DNA from: Pseudomonadota bacterium
GTDB lineage: Bacteria > Pseudomonadota > Alphaproteobacteria > MED-G09
Assembly (NCBI GenBank): GCA_036163815.1
Contig: JAYZKD010000007.1
Coordinates: 305 to 64,304 of the forward strand
Length of the DNA stretch: 64,000 bases
Direction of reading: 5' to 3'
The notes under the pieces were generated by a model. The model worked only from the letters and a program-made list of their open reading frames with translations, ran no database searches and was not told the DNA's origin. The position numbers were made by a program, and so were the translations under genes. Below, piece by piece: positions 51,228 through 60,336 of this stretch (position 1 is the first letter of the stretch; every line of letters begins with the position of its first letter).

Positions 51228-52760
51228 TCATAAAGGAAGATTATCGTGTTTTTTCCACGGATTAGATAATTTTTTATTTCTTAGGAGCTTTAATGCACGA
51301 GCTATTCTTGGCCTAATATTTTTTGGCATTATTACATCGTCTACATAACCCCTCTCCGCTGCAACAAAAGGATTAAGAAACCTTTCTTCGTATTCATTTG
51401 TATGTTTATCAATCTTATCTTTATCCTTAATGTCTTTTCTATATAGAATCTCAACCGCTCCCTTTGCTCCCATTACAGCGATTTCAGCGCTTGGTAGTGC
51501 ATAATTAATATCACCTCTCAAATGTTTTGGTGCCATCACACAATATGCCCCACCATAAGCTTTTCTTGTGATTATTGTAACTTTAGGTACTGTAGCCTCA
51601 GCGTATGCATATAGTAATTTAGCTCCATTTTTAATTAATCCTCCATATTCTTGGTCGGTTCCAGGTAAAAAGCCTGGTACATCAACAAAGGTAACCAGAG
51701 GTATTGAGAAGGAATCACAAAATCTAACAAATCGTGCTGCCTTTCTGCTGGCATCTGAATCTAAAACTCCTGCTAAATTTAATGGTTGATTACCTATAAA
51801 ACCGGCTGTATGTCCATCAACCCTACCAAAACCAACAACAATATTTTTTGCAAAATCTTTCTGAATCTCAAAGAAATCACCTTCATCGATAGATTTTATT
51901 ATAAATTCTTTAATGTCATAAGGTGTATTAGCATTTTCTGGTATGAGAAAGTCAAGACTTGGCTCAGATCTTGATACTTCATCATCAGTATCCTTAATTG
52001 GAGCATTCGATATGTTGCTCGAAGGTAAAAAATCTATAAACCTTCTGATGTCTGCTAACATATCTATATCATTATCGTATGCTCCATCAGCAACTGATGA
52101 TTTAGTTGTATGAACTTCAGCACCTCCTAATTCCTCTGCTGTAACTTCTTCATTTGTTACAGTCTTTACTACATCTGGTCCGGTAACAAACATATACGAT
52201 GTATCTCTAACCATAAAAATAAAATCTGTTAATGCAGGAGAGTAAACATCTCCTCCAGCACAAGGGCCCATAACAAGAGATATCTGAGGTATAACACCTG
52301 AAGCCAAAACATTTCTCTGAAACACCTCTGAATAGCCTCCTAGAGAATCAATTCCTTCTTGTATTCTTGCTCCACCAGCATCTAGCACTCCTATTAAAGG
52401 GGCATTATTTTTAATTGCCATATCTTGTATTTTATTAATTTTCTTAGAATGAGCTAAAGATAAAGATCCCCCAAATACTGTAAAATCTTTAACATAAAGA
52501 AAAACTAATCTTCCATTTATTTCACCTGATCCAATTACTACGCCATCTCCAGGAATTTTATTCTCTTCCATTCCAAAATCAGTACTGCTATGTTCAACGA
52601 ACATATCATATTCTTCAAAGGAACCTTCATCCAATAAAAGTTCGATTCTTTCTCTTGCCGTCAACTTTCCTTTTGAATGTTGAGAATCTATTCTCTTTTT
52701 TCCGCCGCCAATTTTTGCTTTTTCTCTTCTTTTCTCTAATTCTTTAATTATGTCTTCCAT
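51228..52760 (-). CDS. pccB: Propionyl-CoA carboxylase beta subunit (carboxyltransferase)
   Basis: 510 aa. Crotonase-like duplicated carboxyltransferase motifs ([17 protein letters not shown]). Next to pccA. Confidence 0.9.
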   Translation of the reverse strand: MEDIIKELEKRREKAKIGGGKKRIDSQHSKGKLTARERIELLLDEGSFEEYDMFVEHSSTDFGMEENKIPGDGVVIGSGEINGRLVFLYVKDFTVFGGSLSLAHSKKINKIQDMAIKNNAPLIGVLDAGGARIQEGIDSLGGYSEVFQRNVLASGVIPQISLVMGPCAGGDVYSPALTDFIFMVRDTSYMFVTGPDVVKTVTNEEVTAEELGGAEVHTTKSSVADGAYDNDIDMLADIRRFIDFLPSSNISNAPIKDTDDEVSRSEPSLDFLIPENANTPYDIKEFIIKSIDEGDFFEIQKDFAKNIVVGFGRVDGHTAGFIGNQPLNLAGVLDSDASRKAARFVRFCDSFSIPLVTFVDVPGFLPGTDQEYGGLIKNGAKLLYAYAEATVPKVTIITRKAYGGAYCVMAPKHLRGDINYALPSAEIAVMGAKGAVEILYRKDIKDKDKIDKHTNEYEERFLNPFVAAERGYVDDVIMPKNIRPRIARALKLLRNKKLSNPWKKHDNLPL

Positions 52761-52789
52761 TTATTGCTCTTAATTAAATGCTCTAATCC

Positions 52790-53686
52790 CTATAAATTAA
52801 CATCATAAGGAAGTTTATATTGTTTCCATTTCTCATCCATGTGAGGAGGTAATTTAGCCTCAAAATACATTTTTTTACCATTTGGATGATAAAACTCAAT
52901 ACTTCTACTATGTAAGTGGAGTTTTTCACCCTTTAGAATATTATTACCGTACCTTTTATCTCCTAAAATTGGAATGCCTAATTCTTTTGAATGTATTCGA
53001 ATTTGGTGGTTTCTGCCAGTAACAGGTTTATATATCATAAAGTTCATTTTATTATTAATATTCATATAGTTAGTATATTCTGTTAAAGCACTATGGTAAG
53101 AATTAGAATTTTTCTTTTTTATTTTTTTATCAATTAATCCTCTTTTTTTCGTAAAATTACCAGTAGTAATGGCCCAATAATATTTATTAATTTTTTTTTC
53201 GCGAAATGAATAAGATAAAAAATCGGCAATTTTTCTATTTAATGCAACCAACAGAACCCCTGAAGTATCTTTATCTAATCTATGTACCAACCTTGGCTCA
53301 ATATTTTTGAATGATGACTGAAGAAGGCCATCTATATGTTTTCTTATTTTAGAACCACCTTGAACCGCTAATCCATGAGGCTTATTAAGAACAAGGAGTT
53401 CATCATCACTGTAAATCAACATGCTGGTAATCTGATCCTTTGATGATTTGTTATAGATTTTTTTATTTTTAAAATCTGCTAGCCTTAATTTTGAAGAGAT
53501 AGAAATTATATCTTTTGTATTTATACGATAATTTGATTTAACTTTATTATTGTTAACCGTGATTTTTCCTTTTCTTAAAGCAACTTCTATCTCTCCTTGA
53601 GAAATTCCTGGAAAATTCTTTCTTATCCATCTATCTAATCTTGATGTAGAAAAGTCTTCAGAAACAATATAATCATCCATAGTCAT
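52790..53686 (-). CDS. RluA-family 23S rRNA pseudouridine synthase (RluC/D-like)
   Basis: N-terminal S4 domain and catalytic HRLDKDTSGVLL. 298 aa. Confidence 0.85.
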   Translation of the reverse strand: MTMDDYIVSEDFSTSRLDRWIRKNFPGISQGEIEVALRKGKITVNNNKVKSNYRINTKDIISISSKLRLADFKNKKIYNKSSKDQITSMLIYSDDELLVLNKPHGLAVQGGSKIRKHIDGLLQSSFKNIEPRLVHRLDKDTSGVLLVALNRKIADFLSYSFREKKINKYYWAITTGNFTKKRGLIDKKIKKKNSNSYHSALTEYTNYMNINNKMNFMIYKPVTGRNHQIRIHSKELGIPILGDKRYGNNILKGEKLHLHSRSIEFYHPNGKKMYFEAKLPPHMDEKWKQYKLPYDVNL

Positions 53687-54051
53687 GCACTTAAAAATTT
53701 AGTCACCCAAAATCCAAGAAATACTGAAATAATTGAAAAAGAAACTGTTCCTAAAACATATAAAATTGAAATGATATAATCCTTATTATAAATTAGGTTC
53801 ATTAAATCTATTGAAAATGCTGAAAAGGTTGTAAAACCACCAAGAAAACCCACCATTAAGAGCGCCTTTAAATTTTCATTATCTGAATCTTTCAATAAGT
53901 AAAATATTGCTCCAATAATAAATGAACCCAAAACATTTACTAAGAATGTTGATAAAGGAAATCCATTTTTTGTTGTTTGGAATAAAACTCCAAATAAATA
54001 TCTTGTTAAAGAACCAAGGGCTCCCCCAACAGCTATAAAAAGTAATGTCAA
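53683..54051 (-). CDS. crcB: Fluoride channel CrcB/FluC
   Basis: 122 aa, 4 TM helices, GGFTTFSAFS motif. 4-nt overlap with the downstream pseudouridine synthase gene. Confidence 0.9.
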   Translation of the reverse strand: MTLLFIAVGGALGSLTRYLFGVLFQTTKNGFPLSTFLVNVLGSFIIGAIFYLLKDSDNENLKALLMVGFLGGFTTFSAFSIDLMNLIYNKDYIISILYVLGTVSFSIISVFLGFWVTKFLSA

Positions 54052-54073
54052 ATTAGACCTCTTATTTTTATTT

Positions 54074-54661
54074 ATGATACTAAAAAGATATAATAATATA
54101 TATAAATATAATATGCATATGTCAGATCAATTAATAGATACAACCGTTACTTGGCTAAAATATTTAGGCAATTACTCAAATAAATCTTTATCAAATAACA
54201 ATAATGTAAAGATTGATAAGATAAATAAAATCTCAACAAACTTTTATAAAAAGATCTATAAAGAGGTAGGAACAAAATATAACTGGATAAGTAGACTCAA
54301 ACTTAATGAAAAAGAACTAAAAGAAATAATTCATGATAAGAATGTGGAAATATATCTTATGACGGTAAAGAGTTCTTTTGTTGGCTTTCTAGAAATAGAT
54401 TACAGATCTTTAAAAGAAATAAAAATTGTTCATTTAGGATTAATTGAATCTTATATAGGAAAAGGATATGGGAAAATACTTCTTAATTTTGCTATTGATA
54501 AAGCAGAAAAAATTGGAATTACCCCATTGATTCTTCAGACAAATTCGTTAGATCATCCAAATGCATTAATGTTTTACCAAAAAAATGGATTTCAAGTTAT
54601 TTCAAGAAGAAATGCAAAAGTTATCAGGAGTTATATTAAAAATGAAAAATTATATAAATAA
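54074..54661 (+). CDS. GNAT-family N-acetyltransferase
   Basis: Acetyl-CoA motif A ESYIGKGYGKILLNFAIDKA and FYQKNGF. The start is uncertain (alternative Met at 54113). Confidence 0.75.
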   Translation: MILKRYNNIYKYNMHMSDQLIDTTVTWLKYLGNYSNKSLSNNNNVKIDKINKISTNFYKKIYKEVGTKYNWISRLKLNEKELKEIIHDKNVEIYLMTVKSSFVGFLEIDYRSLKEIKIVHLGLIESYIGKGYGKILLNFAIDKAEKIGITPLILQTNSLDHPNALMFYQKNGFQVISRRNAKVIRSYIKNEKLYK

Positions 54662-56249
54662 ATTCTTAAAACTACTCATAATTATATTTGTAATATTTTT
54701 AATCACTTCAAATAATATCTTTGCATTTGATAAAATTCTTCACAGGGGAAATGGGGCTGAACCAGATACGCTTGATCCACACCTTGCAACAGGTCATTGG
54801 GAGGGAAGTGTTATAAATGATATATTCGTTGGCTTGTTTACAAAAGGAGTCGGGGGTGAATCTTTAAAGGGATCTGTAGATAGTTATTTATTGAGTGATG
54901 ATGGATTAGTTTATACTTTTTACCTTCGTAAAGACCATTTTTGGTCTGATGGAACTAATGTTACCTCAATAGATTATGTAAATGGGTTTAGAAGAGTATT
55001 AGATCCTTTAACAGCCTCTCAATACGGATCTTTATTGTATCTCATTAAAAACGGATTTGAGGTAAATTCAGGATCTTTGCCACCTGAAAAATTAGGTGTA
55101 GAAGCTTTGGATAAGTATACTTTAAGAATATATTTAAACTATCCTGCGCCCTATTTCGAAGAACTATTAACTCACTACACAACTTATCCGGTGCCTAGTC
55201 ATATTTTGTCTAAATATGGAAAAGAATGGATTAAACCTGAAAATATTGTAACAAATGGTCCATATAAATTAAATTCATGGAGAGCTCATGATCATATATC
55301 TCTTAAAAGAAATGAAAAATTTTATGATAATATAAATGTTTGGTATGATGAAGTTAAGTATTATCCCACCGAAGATAATGAAGCGGCACTAAGAAGGTTT
55401 AGAGCTGGTGAATTAGATATAAATAGTGGTTTTCCAGAAAATAAAACTTCTTGGTTAAGACGGAACATGCCTAAAAATATTAGGCAGGATAGTATACTTG
55501 TTGTTACATATTTAATATTTAATACAAATTCTATTCCTTTTGATAATGCTAGAGTTAGAAGAGCTGTATCATTATCTATAGACCGTGATGTCATTGTTAA
55601 TAAAATTAGAGGGTTTAATGAAACAATTGCTTGGTCTCTCGTTCCAAAGGGAATCCAAAACTACAAATATGAAGAAATTATTGAAGAAAGAAAACTTACC
55701 CAAGAAGATAGATATAAATTAGCAAAAAAACTACTTGAAGAAAGCGGTTATAACACCAATAACCCATTAAAATTTACTCTCAAATATAGACAAGGAGGTG
55801 ATCAAAAAAAGCATATGGTTGCCATACAATCTATGATGAGGAATGCAGGAATCTCTGTAACTTTAGAGGGTTCAGAACCCAAAGTCCTTTACAATTATCT
55901 TAGAACAGGTGATTTCCAGGTTGGAGATGCAGGTTGGATTGCTGATTTTAATGATGCATCAAATTTTCTATTTTTATTTCAAAAATCTTCGGGGCCCTTA
56001 AATTATGGAAATTATAATAATCCTATATATGACAACTTAGTTGACGAAGCACTTTCAGAATTAGATATAGATATAAGAGCTAAAAAATTAAAAGAAGCAG
56101 AAATTATTCTTCTTAGAGATATGCCATTTGCTCCAATTCTATTTGGTATTAGTAGATGGCTTGTAAAAGAAAATATTACTGGATGGAAACCAAATTATGC
56201 GGCTTATCATCCTACTAGATTCTTAAGACCAAAAAATGAAAAGAAATAA
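54642..56249 (+). CDS. ABC-transporter family-5 substrate-binding protein (peptide/nickel/opine type); orphan, with no permease or ATPase genes nearby
   Basis: Signal peptide MKNYINKFLKLLIIIFVIFLITSNNIFA. GAEPDTLDPHLATG motif. ~535 aa mature size. The ORF-track start at 54585 precedes the signal peptide. Confidence 0.8.
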   Translation: MKNYINKFLKLLIIIFVIFLITSNNIFAFDKILHRGNGAEPDTLDPHLATGHWEGSVINDIFVGLFTKGVGGESLKGSVDSYLLSDDGLVYTFYLRKDHFWSDGTNVTSIDYVNGFRRVLDPLTASQYGSLLYLIKNGFEVNSGSLPPEKLGVEALDKYTLRIYLNYPAPYFEELLTHYTTYPVPSHILSKYGKEWIKPENIVTNGPYKLNSWRAHDHISLKRNEKFYDNINVWYDEVKYYPTEDNEAALRRFRAGELDINSGFPENKTSWLRRNMPKNIRQDSILVVTYLIFNTNSIPFDNARVRRAVSLSIDRDVIVNKIRGFNETIAWSLVPKGIQNYKYEEIIEERKLTQEDRYKLAKKLLEESGYNTNNPLKFTLKYRQGGDQKKHMVAIQSMMRNAGISVTLEGSEPKVLYNYLRTGDFQVGDAGWIADFNDASNFLFLFQKSSGPLNYGNYNNPIYDNLVDEALSELDIDIRAKKLKEAEIILLRDMPFAPILFGISRWLVKENITGWKPNYAAYHPTRFLRPKNEKK

Positions 56250-56276
56250 GGCTTGACCATTTAACATGATCAAGCC
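56250..56276 (-). terminator. Hairpin between convergent genes; plausible intrinsic terminator for the TonB-dependent receptor gene, possibly bidirectional
   Basis: GGCTTGA-C-CAT/TTAAC/ATG-A-TCAAGCC gives 7 bp, one mismatch and 3 bp around a 5-nt loop. On the minus strand it is followed by TTATTTCTTTTCATTTTTT. Confidence 0.45.
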
Positions 56277-56286
56277 TCATAATTTA

Positions 56287-59106
56287 TTAGAATTGAGAAG
56301 CTACTCTTACATACCAGAATTGTGATCCCCAGGTTCTATATGAAGGATCAAAATCATTAGCAAAAGATTCTGGGAAGTAAGGAGGATCTTCATCAAGAAG
56401 ATTATCAACTCCCACTGTTAATGTTGAATTAATACTTTCAAACACATAAGAAGCTTGGGCATCCCAGTACCAAGTATCGCCAAGAACTCTTATTGAATCA
56501 CCTTCAATATAAGAACCAGCAGCACTTGTCCTCGGTACTTGATTAGCTACACCATCTACTTCACCATGATATTGTCCTGTTAAAGAAACAGTTACTTCAT
56601 CTTGATTCCATATTAGGGCTAAATTGGCCTTAACTTCCTTAAACTGATTTCTTCCATTACCAGTAGCATAGCCAGCATAATGCTCGATAGCACCGTCAGC
56701 TTTAGTAACATCATATGTATCAAGGAAAGCTATTTCTGAAGAAAATCTCCAATTTCCGAGCTCATCACTCCAATCATATGTAGCTGCCACTTCAAAACCA
56801 GAAGTTTCAACCATACCAATATTGTTAGTAGTGTTTCTTAAATCTTTAACAAAACCAGTTGAAATTCTATCAATTAAAGCGCAATAAGCTTGATTATTTT
56901 CTCTGTAACATCCATTCATAATTAACTGTGAACCAATAGTTGAAATTGTATTAGTAATCTCAATTTCATAATAATCAGCATAAAGTTTAAGACCTTCAAC
57001 TGGGGCCAAAATTACACCTAAATTAATACCCTCAGATTCTTCTGGTTGAACATTTGGATTACCTCCGACAGTCACTCTTATTTGAGTATTTGGTTGTGTA
57101 AATCCTGCAGGTACGCCATCAGTTAAACATTGACCAGCCTGTGTGCCATCAGCATTACCAGTAAAGTTAGCTGCATTGACATCGCATGGATCTTGAATCT
57201 CAGGATAACTATCATTATTACCGCTATAAAGAGCAGAAATAGAAGGTGCTCTAAACCCTTCAGCGAAAGTAGCTCTGAAAGTCACAATATCATTAGGTGA
57301 ATATGTTAAACCATATTTAGCATTAGTGGTTTCACCAAAAGATGAATAGTCGGAATATCTAACCGAAGCACTTAAGTCTAAACCTTCTACTATCGGTATA
57401 GCTAACTCAGCATACATCTCGTCAACCTCAAATTCACCACTTACAGGACTAGCCGCATTTCCAGAAGATAATCCAGCAGCAATAAATGCGTCAGGTTCGA
57501 AACCACCTTCTTCTTTCCTATGCTCGAAACCAATAGCCATTCCAACTGGCCCAGCTGGAAGCTGAGCTATTTCACCAGTGACATCAATTCCGAAATTTTT
57601 CATTTCATTCTCACCAGTGTCATGGGCTAAGAAAGTAATATATTCAACCATTTCAGGGGTAATTGAACCTGTTCCTGTCCATAAGCCATCTCCAATATAT
57701 TTACTGTCAGATCCCTGACCACCAAATATATTCAAAGGCACACAACTACCAGTACAATCATCACCACTAAGAGCTTTTTTGATATTACCAGTATTTAAAA
57801 GTCCTTTTGTGGTTGTTACACTTTTATTTTGCGCCCAGCTGAAATATGTAGAAACATCAAACCCAGCTAACTTTGTTTCAAGACCAATGTGAATTCTATA
57901 AGTCTCTATGTCTTGAATAAAGTCACGATTACCAGCTTCAAGAAGTCTACGACCTAACCAACCTATGGCATAGCCACCTGGGTAATTGGCATCATTACAT
58001 GCTTTTCCTTCTACAGAAGTTCCGTATAGATCACAAAATTCAATACCAAATGGGTTGAAAGGGTTGTTTCTTGATATCCCCTCACTGCCTCCAAAATCAC
58101 CGAAGCCATAAAATAACGGCATTGGAGCTAGTAATTGGTCAGATACCCTGTTTTGATAAGTTCCAAAAAGAGTTACCTCAGTATCTTCAGCAATTTCAAA
58201 TCTTCCTTTTGCAAAGAAGTTTTTTCTCTCACTTGGTGTTTCAACATAGTTATAGGGATTATAATTAAATCTATCATCTGGACTTGTCCAACATCTAAAA
58301 TCGCTAGGAGATGAACCTGCAGTTCCTTCGCTTGGTTGGAAATTACTACAACCAGGAACTACTCCACCATATGCTAGTCTTCCTTGAGGTGTTCCAGAAG
58401 AACCACCGAAACTTGGTCTAGCTGCTGTTTCTTCTCTTTCCCAATTGCCCAATTCCTTTATATCCACATAAGATGCGCCCATCATGAAAGATCCGCCATC
58501 AAATGTTGAGCCCATGCTTATCGAGAAGTTGTCAGCAACGCCTCCACCATCAAAATATTCTCCTCTTTGGAACGAGACATCAACTCCATCATAAGAATCT
58601 TTTGTTATTATATTTACAACAGCACCAATAGCGTCAGAACCATAAATCGCAGAAGCTCCGTCCTTCAATACTTCAACTCTTTCAACTGAAGCTGATGGTA
58701 TACTATTAATATCCACTGAACCATTAGCACCTTCGCCACTATTGACCCATCTTCTTCCATCAACAAGAACGAGTGTTCTACCAGATCCTAAATTCCTAAA
58801 ATCTATTCGAACAGAACCATCCCCACCATTATTGTAGGTTCTATTTAAACCAGAACCTTGGCCAGGTAGCTCGAGTAAAACCTCACCAATTGAAATCTTA
58901 CCAGATAAAAGTATATCTTCTTGGTCAACGATAGAAACTGGAGAAAAACTATCCGTAGCAGTGGTTTTTATCCTTGAACCAGTAACAATAATCTCTTCAA
59001 CTTGATCAGTGCTATCGTTTTGAGCATATACATCAAAGCTTAAAGAAAATATCAACAAGAAAATAATAGAATATATTGCTTTCGCAAATTTTTGAAAAGT
59101 TTGCAT
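56287..59106 (-). CDS. TonB-dependent outer-membrane receptor (939 aa)
   Basis: Signal peptide ending VYAQ. TonB-box/plug start EEIIVTGSRIKT. Plug motifs LVLVDGRRW and GAVVNIITK. Terminal beta-strand YVRVASQF. Several Cys pairs in loops. Confidence 0.9.
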   Translation of the reverse strand: MQTFQKFAKAIYSIIFLLIFSLSFDVYAQNDSTDQVEEIIVTGSRIKTTATDSFSPVSIVDQEDILLSGKISIGEVLLELPGQGSGLNRTYNNGGDGSVRIDFRNLGSGRTLVLVDGRRWVNSGEGANGSVDINSIPSASVERVEVLKDGASAIYGSDAIGAVVNIITKDSYDGVDVSFQRGEYFDGGGVADNFSISMGSTFDGGSFMMGASYVDIKELGNWEREETAARPSFGGSSGTPQGRLAYGGVVPGCSNFQPSEGTAGSSPSDFRCWTSPDDRFNYNPYNYVETPSERKNFFAKGRFEIAEDTEVTLFGTYQNRVSDQLLAPMPLFYGFGDFGGSEGISRNNPFNPFGIEFCDLYGTSVEGKACNDANYPGGYAIGWLGRRLLEAGNRDFIQDIETYRIHIGLETKLAGFDVSTYFSWAQNKSVTTTKGLLNTGNIKKALSGDDCTGSCVPLNIFGGQGSDSKYIGDGLWTGTGSITPEMVEYITFLAHDTGENEMKNFGIDVTGEIAQLPAGPVGMAIGFEHRKEEGGFEPDAFIAAGLSSGNAASPVSGEFEVDEMYAELAIPIVEGLDLSASVRYSDYSSFGETTNAKYGLTYSPNDIVTFRATFAEGFRAPSISALYSGNNDSYPEIQDPCDVNAANFTGNADGTQAGQCLTDGVPAGFTQPNTQIRVTVGGNPNVQPEESEGINLGVILAPVEGLKLYADYYEIEITNTISTIGSQLIMNGCYRENNQAYCALIDRISTGFVKDLRNTTNNIGMVETSGFEVAATYDWSDELGNWRFSSEIAFLDTYDVTKADGAIEHYAGYATGNGRNQFKEVKANLALIWNQDEVTVSLTGQYHGEVDGVANQVPRTSAAGSYIEGDSIRVLGDTWYWDAQASYVFESINSTLTVGVDNLLDEDPPYFPESFANDFDPSYRTWGSQFWYVRVASQF

Positions 59107-59139
59107 GAGACCCCCATCAATTTATAAATTTTCAATAAT

Positions 59140-59169
59140 ATCTTACCATTTTATTTACTTTTGTGTCAA
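59140..59169 (-). promoter_or_regulatory. Putative sigma-70 promoter of the TonB-dependent receptor gene
   Basis: Minus strand has TTGACA (59169..59164), an 18-nt spacer and TAAGAT (59145..59140), ~35 nt upstream of the ATG. AT-rich context makes false positives likely. Confidence 0.3.
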
Positions 59170-59184
59170 TTTTATGACACAAAA
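59159..59184. promoter_or_regulatory. Perfect 10-bp inverted repeat TTTTGTGTCA-N6-TGACACAAAA (candidate operator)
   Basis: Read directly from the sequence. The left arm contains the putative -35 TTGACA of the receptor gene. It lies in the 138-nt divergent receptor/mazG intergenic region. Confidence 0.5.
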
Positions 59185-59244
59185 ACTAGTTAACAAAAAA
59201 ATTAAATAATTATGCTATATTTGATGTTTTAAATAGGAGTATTC

Positions 59245-60069
59245 ATGGTCATAGAAGAAGATAAGTTACATATTTTTAATAACCTATTAAATATTATGGT
59301 TCAGTTACGTGATCCAGAAAATGGTTGCGAATGGGATAAATCGCAAGATTCCTACAGCATTAGAAAGTATTGCATTGAAGAATCTTATGAAGTAGTTGAT
59401 TCTATTGAGAAAAACGATACCACCGGCTTGCGTGAAGAATTGGGCGATTTACTATTTCAAATCATATTTCATGCTCAAATAAACAAAGAAAAGGGAAATT
59501 TTGATATCTTTGATATTATGTATGATCTTTGTAAAAAAATGACTCGAAGACATCCTCATGTCTTTGAAAATAATAACAAAAAAAAGATAAATAAAGAGGA
59601 AATAATAGCCTCATGGGAAAAAATTAAAGAAAAAGAAAGGATAAAAGATGGAAAAACTGGAATCTTAGCAGACATCCCTACCACATTTCCTGCTATAACA
59701 AGATCAATAAAGATTCAAAAAAGAGCCGCACAGAACGGATTTGATTGGGATAATAATCAAGAGGTTTTCAATAAAATTATTGAAGAAACTGAAGAACTAA
59801 ATCAAGCTGTTAATGATGGCAATGACAAAAATATAGATGAAGAAATTGGAGACCTGCTATTTTCTATAATCAATCTTTCTAGAAAATTAAAAATTGACCC
59901 AGAATCATCATTAAGATCAACAAATAAAAAATTCTGTGATCGAATATCTTATATTGAAAATAAGCTAGAGGAAGTAAATAAAAAATTTAATGAAACCGAT
60001 CTTTCCATCCTTGAGGATATTTGGATAGAATCAAAAGATAAAATCAAACAGGAAGTATTGTTGAAATAG
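59245..60069 (+). CDS. mazG: Nucleoside triphosphate pyrophosphohydrolase MazG
   Basis: Tandem MazG domains with [10 protein letters not shown] and [20 protein letters not shown] lies 7 nt upstream of the ATG. Confidence 0.9.
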   Translation: MVIEEDKLHIFNNLLNIMVQLRDPENGCEWDKSQDSYSIRKYCIEESYEVVDSIEKNDTTGLREELGDLLFQIIFHAQINKEKGNFDIFDIMYDLCKKMTRRHPHVFENNNKKKINKEEIIASWEKIKEKERIKDGKTGILADIPTTFPAITRSIKIQKRAAQNGFDWDNNQEVFNKIIEETEELNQAVNDGNDKNIDEEIGDLLFSIINLSRKLKIDPESSLRSTNKKFCDRISYIENKLEEVNKKFNETDLSILEDIWIESKDKIKQEVLLK

Positions 60070-60262
60070 CGTGCTTATAAACAAGTTGAATATTATTTAA
60101 TCCTTTTAATGTTACCGTTGAAAGATCAAAGGAAATTATTGTTCCTTCTAATTTTATTCCACTTATCAAGAAGATAGTTACTAATCCTGCTTCAGTTACT
60201 AATTTATCTAAGAAATCGGACTCATCCAGTTTTGATATATTTTCTAAAGTATTATCAAGCAT
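60044..60262 (-). CDS. hfq: RNA chaperone Hfq (short, 72 aa)
   Basis: Sm1 [18 protein letters not shown] and Sm2 [12 protein letters not shown] motifs. Confidence 0.9.
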   Translation of the reverse strand: MLDNTLENISKLDESDFLDKLVTEAGLVTIFLISGIKLEGTIISFDLSTVTLKGLNNIQLVYKHAISTILPV

Positions 60263-60336
60263 TCAGATTTTATAGAACTTAAAATTAAATTTTATAAATT
60301 TATAATATAAATCTAAATAATTCATATTATAAATAT

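Noticed and set aside
54052-54130. I looked for a fluoride riboswitch (crcB motif) upstream of crcB.
   Set aside because: Only 22-61 nt of almost pure A/T precede the crcB start before the divergent GNAT gene. No G/C-containing helices that could form the conserved pseudoknotted fold are present.
59174-59209. 11-codon upstream ORF (MTQKLVNKKIK) starting inside the right arm of the palindrome.
   Set aside because: It has no SD, is trivially short for AT-rich DNA, and shows no evidence of function.
59107-59244. I looked for a cobalamin or other riboswitch in the leader of the TonB-dependent receptor, and upstream of mutA (24786..24895).
   Set aside because: Both regions are short (138 and 110 nt) and extremely AT-rich, and they lack a B12-box-like G/C-rich core. 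Only the 10-bp palindrome stands out, and it is reported separately.
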